In this document: positions 53,401 through 64,000 of the stretch, one piece after another
Layout: each line of letters starts with the position of its first letter
How positions within the stretch are numbered: position 1 is the stretch's first letter
Origin: Paraspadella gotoi
Lineage: Eukaryota > Animalia > Chaetognatha
Direction: 5' to 3'
DNA: 64,000 nt
Assembly (NCBI GenBank): GCA_051294375.1
Contig: CM119263.1
Coordinates: 28,798,188-28,862,187, forward strand
Notes under the pieces: model-generated
The model's database searches: none
Seen by the model: only the letters and a program-made list of their open reading frames with translations
What the model was told of the DNA's origin: nothing
Program-made: the position numbers and the translations under genes

Positions 53401-54763
53401 TTATTTGTTTTTTTTTTTTTGGTTTCGTATTTTTTGTTTTGTTTTCCGTTGGCACCTGAAGTTGTCTGTTCCGGGCACTTGCATCCGTTGGGAGACGGAA
53501 GGACAAGACACCGGGCAGTCGGGCGTACGCGGGAGGGGAAAGGGGTGAAGAAGAGGGGGAGGGGGTTTTGAACGATGGGGTGTGGAAGGAGGGTCGGTGA
53601 AAACGCGGGGAAAAAAGGTGGAAAGAGACAGAAAAACGAGGAGAATCATGAAAAAAACGAAAAACGATCGAAATTCGTCCGGTTTTTTTTTTTTAGAAAA
53701 CAAAAGACGTCGATCATCGATTGCGTGTTAAATTTGCGTGTGAGCGAGATGTGCGTGCGAGAAATAGGAAATAATGCATGAAGGATTATCGTGCGTGTAA
53801 ATTAGTGAAGTGCATGTGTGAATAAAACGTGTCCGCCAAACATGAACGCGGTTCGTTCTTCTTTCTCGCAACAAATTACAGTGAAAGTGAAAGTGAAACG
53901 CAAAAGTCATGATTTTTCAGAATCGCGTAAAAATTCGTCAAAAAAAGAGTCATGCAAAAAAATCGAAAAGCCAAAGAAAAAAAAAGCGAATGGCAAAAAT
54001 GGGTAATAGAAAGATGGTAGATGACGAATGGCGGGTGGTAAATGAGAAATGGTATGTGGCAAAAGTTGAAGACGAATGAGGAATGGAAAGATTAAAATCA
54101 AGATGGCGATCAACTCAAGAAAAATGGCGACCGGCAGATGGCGAATGAAGGATAAAGAATCATAACTGGCGATTGATGGACCAAATGATAGTTAATGACA
54201 TTAATTAAAGTTAAATAGAAACTCAACAATGGAAATTGATCAGTGATAGATAACGAACGTCAAAAATAATGAATGACCAATGACAAAAAAAAATGGGGAA
54301 CAATGACAGTCGCATAAATCGTCACTCCTTGGTCGAAAAGAAAAAACTTGGCTTCGAGATTTCCTTCTTTTCCTCCTCCTCCTCCTCCTCCTCCTCCTCC
54401 TCCTTCTCCTCCTCCTCCTCCCGGACTTCCTCTCACCTTTGGTCGTCTCCGGTTCGTAAGGTCCGTCGAGGCAGCGACTGTCAGAACCTTTTGCGATGTT
54501 TTGGATTCTGTTCAAAAAAAGGGGAGGGTGAGGGGAAGAGGGGGAGAGAGGGAGAGGGAGAGTGGTAAAGGAGAGGGAAGAGGGGAGAGGGAGGAAAGGA
54601 GATAAAATGAGGTCGTTTGAAGGAAATCTTAAAATCGAATCGATCAATCGTAAAAAAAAAAGAGGAATTGGAACTAAATTCTCTGTCGCGTTCGTGAGTC
54701 GTGATTTGCTGTCGTAAGAAGAAAATTACTCACTTTCTTTCTAAATTTTCTTCTTACTATTTT

Positions 54764-54814
<51 letters not shown>

Positions 54815-56527
54815 CTCTTTCTATTTCTTTTACAATTAACCGCCCTTACCCAAACTTCCAAACTTACCCCTGTTTAAAATTTCCGCATCTGTTCTCGTGC
54901 CAGGCGCAGTAAGGATCCTGCAGCGCCACGCACCCGCCGCATCTGTTCCGAAGGCCGCATCGATGCAGCGGCACCTGTCGGACTTCGGACTTGGATACGA
55001 CGACGAGCATGTCCGAGTATTGTGGTCCGCCGCGGTAGATGTGGAGGTTGACCACGGGGGTGTCCGACTGTGGGCAAGGGAAGTTGAGGTCGAGGTAAAA
55101 TCAGGGTAATGTAAATATAGAAATTAAATTTTATAAAAAAATATATATGAAAAATTGCAAGATTACTTGTTTTACTATATTAGACATTAAAAATAATTTT
55201 CGAAATTTTGACTCTTGCTTTTACGCTAATATGTTTTATACTTTTTATCAAATTAGTGCAATCAATTTTATGAAATTCATCTATTCATTCATCTATTCAA
55301 GCTTTCAATCAAGACTCTCTCCACAGTTTAGTTTATTATACCCAAAGTACTTGGCTTCCCTGCTAATAAAGTGGTATAATGTATAAGGAGCTTCAATCGT
55401 ATAAAAGGATCATTTTCCCAAGTAATAACCTTTAAAATTTCGAATTAACTTTTTTTTTATTGTGATCTTCCTTTTTTTCTTTCACTCATAGATCTCAGTG
55501 GATCAAAGCAAATTTGTTTGACATTGACATTTCGAATTTAATTAATGAGTCCAATTGAAAAACCGACGGGACGAAAAAAAAAATATTTTTTTTAGCCTAG
55601 TAACTTCAAAACAAGTTTGAACAAACAATGCCGGATCTGCCCACGATCATTAGCGGTAAGCAGCTGATCAGATAGATAATTAATTAATTAATTAATATGA
55701 ATTTTTTTTAATCGGGTCAAAATCGTTTTCCACTTTGTCTCGCCTGTCAATCACAAAACAACAGTCTCTATCACAAAATTAATTAATTAATTATTTACAA
55801 ATAATTAATTAATTACTTATTTATTAATACTTAATTAATGCAGACCGACGAAGTGAATTATAGAGCCGGAATCCGCTGTAAGCAGATCCGGCTAAAAACT
55901 CTCTCGAGGTCATTAAATTTGACTGTAACGATGAATCCTTTCTAAAAGCGTTACGGATTAAGGTTCTAATTGAAGCCGTTTAATCAAAGTGCGCTCTTTT
56001 TATCGAGGGCGGAGTTCCGTCGTTAAGAATTATAGTATTCGTCTTTCTCTTTTAAACTTTGAATCGGAAAACGGACGTTTAGTGACGTTTTTACGAAATC
56101 ATTACTACCAATATATAATTATTTATCCTTTTATTAAATCAGCTATTATGTCTCCCGACAGTGCAAGTTAATAAAATAATAAACTAGGAAATAACACCTT
56201 GCAAACTTTCAACCAAGAATTAACTCCCACTGTACCATGGGTATAATGTTTTTTTTATGAAGTTTCAACTGGACAAAAGGACGCCTTATGTTTTGGCAAC
56301 CGGCGCTGACTGTAACCGAGAGACGACTGTACCTGGAAGACTGGAATCTCTTCGATGACAACAGAATCGACGTCACTAAAGTCGCCAGAATTGAGAGCTT
56401 TGATCACCATCCCGTTGTCTGAAATTAAAAAGTAATAGAATTTAATATTAGTAATAGTAATATTAATTAATTAATTAATAGTAATATTATTACTATCTTT
56501 TTATCACTTTATATATTCATTCGCGCA

Positions 56528-56599
<72 letters not shown>

Positions 56600-56792
56600 T
56601 ATTTATTTATTTATCGATTGATAAAAACCCATTCAGCCATGCCGAAACTTAAAACAAAAAAGAATTCATCGGTACCAAAAGACCCGAAGTGTGACGCTCT
56701 CTCGCCCTCGGCGAACAGAATCGGGAAGGAAAAGAAAATACGACACTAAAACCCTTTCGGTACTGAAATATCACCCTCTGACATTTGTGGGA

Positions 56793-56851
<59 letters not shown>

Positions 56852-57047
56852 ATCTCTCTCTCTCTTTTCTCTCTCTCTCTCTTATTCTTCTCTCAGTTGG
56901 CATCGCCGCTAATGAGGTGCCGTGCCAAAACGAGACCCCAGTCTCAAAACCAGCTCCGGAGCGTAAATGTCACGACGAAATGGAATATTTGCCATTGTCC
57001 TGTTTTTTTTTGGAGAGAGAGGGATGGGAGCGGCAGTCGTTCTGCTC

Positions 57048-57133
<86 letters not shown>

Positions 57134-58849
57134 ATCAGGAGGAATATCGAAGGAGCAGTCAACCTTATGTCAAATTTCAAAAGTCGATGACAAAATCTTC
57201 TTTTTTATTAGATTTTTTGTCAACTTTTATTTTTTCTTTCATTTTTTCTTTTATTTTCAATTTCCTTTGACGTCGTTTCGACCAAAACCACGAAATTCAT
57301 TCAACATGGATTTGTGAATTTCGATCGTAAACGTTTCCGCCTCTGAATTTTCAACCTCGCAAGTCACTAGGTCCAAGGTTCGAACCCCGCCGAGTTTGGA
57401 ATTATAACTTCGTTCAATCCCTTCATTTAAAATTCTCGATTTAAACTTAGTACGATATAGAATTTAAACTTCTGTATTTAAATCTATCCAAACCATTTTA
57501 AACTTAGTAAACGAATTCAATAACGACGGTCGGATCATGAGGTCTAAACCCCCCCCCCCCGAGACGAGAGTTTGAACCCCATTCCCTCCAGGGTTCAAAC
57601 TCCCACTCGGATCTCGTCCTCCGCGATTCGCGTTTTTGGCCCAAAACAGAATTGAGAGCAAAAGATTAAAAGTGTTTAATGTTTGTTTGGGTCAAATTCA
57701 ATTTTCACTTTTAAATTCAACTTCAAATTATCACATTTTCGATTCTATTTTTACTTTCGGGTGGCGAGTGGTCGGTGGACAAAAAGCAGATAGCCAATAG
57801 TCAATTGCGGATAGCCAATGGTCGATAACCAAAAGGGGGATAGCAAATAGTCAAAAACATTAATTTTTAATTATTCAATCAATAACTATAAATTATTACG
57901 TCATTATTATTACGTCATTAATTATTTAAATATTTACCAATAATACGGATAAGTTTATGTCCAACAGTAGTAATCCTAACACTCGGGCAAACACCTTCCG
58001 TCCCCCGAAATTACTTTTTTTTCACTTACCCTCCAAAAACGACCGTATCCTCGATCAACAATCTCACCCTCCAACCCCCTCCACCTCACCTCCAATTGAA
58101 CTCACCCGTCCCGACGAACATGACGTCGCGCAGCTGGAGGCTGACGTCGTAGACTTGATCCACGGCGATCTTGGTAAACCTGTAGGGCGTGGCCGTTCGG
58201 AGAAGGAGAGGTCGGCCGCCCATCGCGGGGACGGCGGCGTCCATGAGCGGATGCTTCTTGATGAAGTCCAGAGTTAGATCGGGGATCGAGAGGGAATCGT
58301 TCGTGCATGCGCCGGGTCTGGGGAAAGAGGGGATTGATTGATTGATTGAAATGATTGATTGGATTGATTGATTCATTCATTTATTTGGCTTTTATTTGAT
58401 TGATAATAGATTGATTGATTGGTATATAATTACTCGTTTATCGATTAAATGATATTAAAACTAATTCATCGTTTGAATCATTTACTCATGGGATGACTTA
58501 CTGATTGATTGACAGATTGATTATTTGATAAACTATATTATTGAATGGTTTAATAAACCAATTGCCTGTTTGATTGACTGGCTGTTTGATAGCTTTAGAA
58601 AATGACTTTTGGATTTATTTATTTAATCATTTTTTTTAAACTATTTATTTATTTATTTATGTTTTTATCAATCCTCTCACCTCGGCGAAGGCAAGGACGA
58701 TTCCATAACTGGAAGCCAATTTGAGTGAATCGTCTTTTGCTCCTTGAAACTTCCCTCAAAAACTCTGGCGATATCGCCGAAGCGGTAGGCGCAGACGGCG
58801 GACCGCGGGAATGCTGTTTGCTGTGGAAAATGATGGAGGAAAAGGTTTT

Positions 58850-58943
<94 letters not shown>

Positions 58944-60095
58944 GAGAGACGCGATTCCCTATTCTCCTCACCTCGGTTTTTTCGGCATATTTCCCCCCCC
59001 TTCCCTCGCTCGTCGTGCTCGTTCCGCGGTTTTTATTGGTTTGTTTCGACTCGCAGCGCCACGACGGATGCAGCGGACGAAACTGGAAACAAAAGGGAAA
59101 ATAAATGAAAAAGAAAAAGATAAGCGGACAAGAAAAAAAAGTTATTCAAGCGAAAGTTAAAAGGAAAAAAATATAAATTAAAAAAAAAGAAAACTTGCTC
59201 AGGAACAATCTTAGGTAATTAACGACAAAAGTTGATTGATAAATTGTTAGTTTAAATTGATACTTAATGCAAGAGACGAGAAAAGGTTGAAGGTTTTATG
59301 AGATCAAAATCGATTTTTAAGTATCTCAATTATTAGTTTGTGTGTCTTTAGTATTTTTTTTTTAAAGGATGACTCAGCGCAACGCGGAAACCGTTCATTG
59401 TTTGATAGAGTAGTTAATATTATAACGGTTGTAAAGTAATTAATTCAATTTCATTAAAAACATAATAAAAAATTAATTTCGGGTCAAAGGGGTAAGAAAT
59501 AATATCGTTCAAAAGGATAAAAAGAAATTAAAATTATGTATCATTTAAAGAGAAGAATGAAAAAAATAACCACATAAGTGCTTTTTACTTTTTACTTTTT
59601 CTTCTTTTTAAAACTTAAAAATTCGCTCGGTTTTCCTTTCATCCCCGAAAATGTTTGAACCCGATAAAAGGAAAAACAATCCCCGCACTGCGCACGCGCC
59701 AAAAAGATCGACGGAAAAACAAAAGAAAGGAAAACACAATTTGAACGACAGGATTTCTCCGCCCGCTCTCAGAATGTGGACACTTTGCTCAATAGTATTT
59801 TCTTTTCTTGCCTTTTATGTTTGTTCTTACCCTACCTTTCCTTACTCATTTCAAACATTACCCTTCACTGAAAATCTTTTCATACTTCATACTTACTTTC
59901 TACTCTTCACCCTTCCTTTTATTTCTCTTTCCATCCTTCCAACTATCTATCCTTCCATCTATGAATCACTCTATCCTTCCAGCCCTCTATCCATCCATCC
60001 CTCTATCCTTCCATCCCTCTATCCATCACTCGCCCATCATCTCACGAGGGAGAAGAGGCAAAACATTCCGATGCCAACGACATTGGAAAACAACG

Positions 60096-60128
<33 letters not shown>

Positions 60129-61060
60129 TCTTCCGAGATGAAAGGGAATCAACATGGAGAGAAGCTTTAATGACATCGATTCTGAGAAGAGAGAGAGAGA
60201 GAGANNNNNNNNNNNNNNNNNNNNNNNNNNNNNNNNNNNNNNNNNNNNNNNNNNNNNNNNNNNNNNNNNNNNNNNNNNNNNNNNNNNNNNNNNNNNNNNN
60301 NNNNNNNNNNNNNNNNNNNNNNNNNNNNNNNNNNNNNNNNNNNNNNNNNNNNNNNNNNNNNNNNNNNNNNNNNNNNNNNNNNNNNNNNNNNNGAGAGAGA
60401 GGAAAGAAAAGAAAAAAGAGGGGAGAAAAGAATCAGGTAAGAAAAGTAAGAGGGAAAAAAAAGAATGGATAGAAAGCAGAATACAGTAACCAGAAAATAT
60501 AAGAATGAAAACTGAAGTCAGAAAACAGAAGACAGAAGACAGTAAACAAATGACGGAGATAAGAAGGGAAAAAAAGAAAAGGAGGAAAAATGAAAAGAGA
60601 GGAAAGATAATAGAGGAAAGATAATACAAAANNNNNNNNNNNNNNNNNNNNNNNNNNNNNNNNNNNNNNNNNNNNNNNNNNNNNNNNNNNNNNNNNNNNN
60701 NNNNNNNNNNNNNNNNNNNNNNNNNNNNNNNNNNNNNNNNNNNNNNNNNNNNNNNNNNNNNNNNNNNNNNNNNNNNNNNNNNNNNNNNNNNNNNNNNNNN
60801 NNNNNNNNNNNNNNNNNNNNNNNNNNNNNNNNNNNNNNNNNNNNNNNNNNNNNNNNNNNNNNNNNNNNNNNNNNNNNNNNNNNNNNNNNNNNNNNNNNNN
60901 NNNNNNNNNNNNNNNNNNNNNNNNNNNNNNNNNNNNNNNNNNNNNNNNNNNNNNNNNNNNNNNACTTACTCTGGTGTAGTAAAAACTCCATAGATGAACT
61001 TGTCTTCGATTTTTCCTTCCGTCGTAAAGTAAGTTCCTACGATCGGATCAGATGTTGATT
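48875..61060 (-). CDS. Transmembrane semaphorin (class 1/6-like): C-terminal Sema domain, PSI domain, TM, cytoplasmic tail; the 5' part lies outside the window
   Basis: Exons 61060-60970 (FIYGVFTTP), ~58820-58681 (SAVCAYRFGDIARVFEGSFKEQKTIHSNWLPV), 58317-58106 (PGAC..LDFIKKHPLMD..FTKIAVD..VMFVGT), 56418-56333, 55067-54868 (CVALQDPYCAW), 54507-54437, 52733-52659, 51188-50966 (TM), 49388-49344 and 49121-~49030. The terminal exon is uncertain. Confidence 0.9.
52098..52522. repeat. Compound (AGT)n microsatellite, ~420 bp
   Basis: Direct reading. Confidence 0.95.
55613..55898 (-). mobile_element. Short HINE-like family member lacking the 18-bp array
   Basis: Both ends match the element at 23043-23759. 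Minus strand: TTTTTA-gccggatctgc-ttaca-gcggattccggc ... gcagatccggc-att-gtttg-tt-caaac-TT. Confidence 0.7.
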
Positions 61061-64000
61061 CTGAAAAGAATGAGAAAAAATCATTTTTTTTATTTTAAAG
61101 CTCAGTACATAATTCTGTATAAATTTGGTTCATACAACCAATTTTTAAAAAATTCATTCATTCAATAAATTTGCTAATTTTTTTTTGACTCTGGCCTTGC
61201 TATAATGATAACATAGCAGGGCGCTTCAAGCTTTCAATCAAGACTCTTATAGTCCAGTACATACTTTATATAATGTTCAAAACTGATTAATACAATAAAG
61301 AACATAAAAAGAGGTAAAAACTACAAAACAAAAGCGACCGACCGACCGCTCTAATAAAAGTTCAAAAGTAAAGAACAAACATCTTTCTACGATATAACAC
61401 ATTGTATATTACAGCTTTGATCTCGCTTCCAAATTTGAAACAAGTTGGGTGTCATTTCTGTACCAAATTCTATCCTCATTTTCGCCCCTAATCTGTCGAT
61501 TCAGCCGATTCGGTAGATTCAGCCGATCGGGTATCGATTTTCCCGAACACGTTACATCCTCTTTGCCCTAATTTTCATTCTTTTTTTTTCTTTACTCTTA
61601 TTCTCTCCTCTTCTTTTCTTTTCTCTCCTCTTTTTCTCTTCTTCTCTCCTTTTCTTTTCTCTTCTTCTCACCTTTTCTTTTCTCTTCTCTCCTCTTCTTT
61701 TCTCTCTTCTTCTTAACTTCTTCCACTAATCTTTTCTTATCCTTTCTTCTCTCTTTTTCTCTTTATTCTTTTCTCTTCTTTTCTTCTCTATTCTATCTTC
61801 TTCACCTTTTTTTTCTGTTTTATTCTATTCTCTTCTCTTCTCTTCTCTTCTTTTCTCTTCTCCTATCTTCTCTTCTTATCTTGACTTGTGCGCTTCCGGC
61901 GAAGGCCAGTTCCCTTTTGACCTCTGCACTCTTATTGACGTATCCGTCGACTAATGGCAGATTGTTTTATATTATTAACAGATTTGCGATATTTATGTAG
62001 ATGAGTGAGTAGAGTGAGAGAGAGATGATGAGTATGATGAGAGGAGATTGAGGAGATGATGATGTAATGATTGAGAGATTTGAGAGTAGGAGAGATTTGA
62101 GTTAGAGTAGCGTGACTAAGTGCAGGTGTCCTCTGTTTCAGTGACATTGTTATCATCTAGAGTGGTTATGCACTGTGTGGGAATCTATAAATTTTTGATT
62201 GAATGATTCAATAGCAGGATATTTAGACGTGGATTAGTATTGATTTATAGTGAGTATCATTAAAATTATTTTTGCTTATTATGTTTGGTGGAATCAGTTA
62301 TTTCAATTAATCTACATATATATTTCATATATAATATTTCTTATTATAATACTAATAATTTTTTAAAATATATTTTTTAAATTTTTTATTAAAGGATTCT
62401 TGATTCTCTTTTCAATATTATATTAAGTTAGATTCCTAAAAATTATAATTATATTATTGTTGATTATAATATATTTGTAATCGTTCATTCAGCGTCTAAT
62501 AATTGGAAATAATACTGGTGTTCTAAATTTTCTTCTTACTTTATAGCTTTGTAGTTAAGAAGAACGATTATATTGTATGTGAATACTATTGATTCATTTC
62601 GCTATGGCTTTAAAGCTTAAAATTTATATATTTGTTTATCATTATTTATCTATAAGTTTTCATTTTTTTCCGGCTGAATACAACACTGTGTCTTAAATTA
62701 AGAAAATATGTTTTTAAAAATTTTATATGATTTTATAGAGGATACGTTTCAATAAAAAAAATTCATTAATTGACTAACTGGTTATGCAATTTTATTTTTT
62801 TTGGATAAAAAGAGGCTTAATTTATTTTAATATTCTACATATACAAAGGCTTATGGCTAAAAAAACATTGTTTCCATCGCTACAATCTCATTTTCATAGC
62901 AACTGCCAACGCCTAATGTACACCTCGTTACGGCTTTATTTCTTTTTTTCTCTCGTTCAAAATACAGTGAGTTTGGTTCACTTTTTCCATATCTCAACAT
63001 TTTTTCCTCCAGCTTTTTTCATCCTTCCCATTTTATTGACATACGCTTAATCCTTTCGCTTCCCCATTAAATTACCCCTGCTTGTGTCGCCGGCCTTGTC
63101 GCCTTCTATAAAAAGAAAGCCATAACAACAGGGATCACGCCATTTCTCTTTTTTACACAGATGAGAGGATTACTTTAAATTAGGTTTTTTAATAAAAACT
63201 CTGCTCGCTGACGTGTGAGGTGGGACGGCGGAAGGGCGGCCGGAGCGGTGGCGACAGCAACGACTGACGAAGCTGCCATGTAATAGAAGGCCAGGAAAAG
63301 TTTTCTTTATGTTTTGTTTACACAACAAGGATTCGTTTTAGTTGACATGAAATATATTGGACATTCTTTGGATCTTATTGCGCGAACTTTTTTTCATCGC
63401 GTAAATAAATCGATTTTCTGATTATTTGTTAAAAAAACAAAAATGATGATTTTTCTGATTTCTTTTAAAAAAATTTTCACTCTCGCTGAGAGTCTCAGTC
63501 CTAATAAAGATTTCAATTATTAAATATACAATTTGTACATAGTCTTTTCAATGGTTTCTTATCTAATTCTTTCACTTCATTCAACTTTTACGGTCATATT
63601 CTTCCATCCATGCTTGTTTCTTAATTATTTCTTTTTCTTCATCATCGTCATCATCATCATCATCATCTTTTCCTTTCTATTTCATTCTTCTTCATCTTCT
63701 TTTCTCACTTTTCACGACGATTTTGTGACTTCGTGATCGGAATAAACATTCACTTCACGTCCTCGGATTATGGCTTAAACCCTTCAACAATGAAAAGGAG
63801 AAAGAAGTTCGACAGTAAAATCGACTCAAGAGTTTTAACCTTATATCGTCATATATTACTAGTCATATATTATTAGTCATATATTATTAGTAAAGAAGAA
63901 TAGTTTTTAAAAAACCTTACTTTATTCGGGTATAATATGTTTATTTATTTTAAAAAACATTTTTACCTTAAATAAAGCAAAAGGTTAAAAGTCACTCCCC

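Noticed and set aside
53455-53530. GC-rich patch with a donor-like site as an extra semaphorin exon
   Set aside because: The available AG acceptors give 10- or 22-nt exons that break the frame.
57370-57610. B-box-like motifs (ggttcgaaccc, gggttcaaactcc) as tRNA genes
   Set aside because: No cloverleaf or A box; at most decayed SINE fragments.
59651-60991. Long ORFs containing X runs
   Set aside because: They read through N gaps and low-complexity intron sequence.

Overview
Animal (invertebrate-like) genomic window with GC-rich exons, AT-rich GT-AG introns, many microsatellites and several N gaps. Genes reconstructed by hand: a PTPRR/STEP-like receptor tyrosine phosphatase with a very long acidic mucin-like ectodomain (-, runs off the left edge); an orphan single-pass membrane protein (-); ZBBX (+) behind an RFX X-box promoter; a CABCOCO1-like ciliary gene (-); an uncharacterised multi-exon gene (-); nine tRNA genes; and the 3' part of a transmembrane (class 1/6-like) semaphorin (-). 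The most striking structure is a ~10 kb palindrome (two ~5 kb arms, 20668-30688) inside one CABCOCO1 intron. Each arm carries an intronless orphan ORF pointing outward and a Helentron-type (HINE/DINE-1-like) element with an 18-bp satellite. It is either a real foldback-type insertion or an assembly artefact, and the sequence holds evidence for both. Other points of interest are a ~285-nt densely base-paired intronic island, candidate microexons in the semaphorin (one of 3 nt), and an insertion with a 9-10 bp target-site duplication whose empty site survives in a neighbouring duplicate. All gene names come from remembered family motifs, not from database searches.
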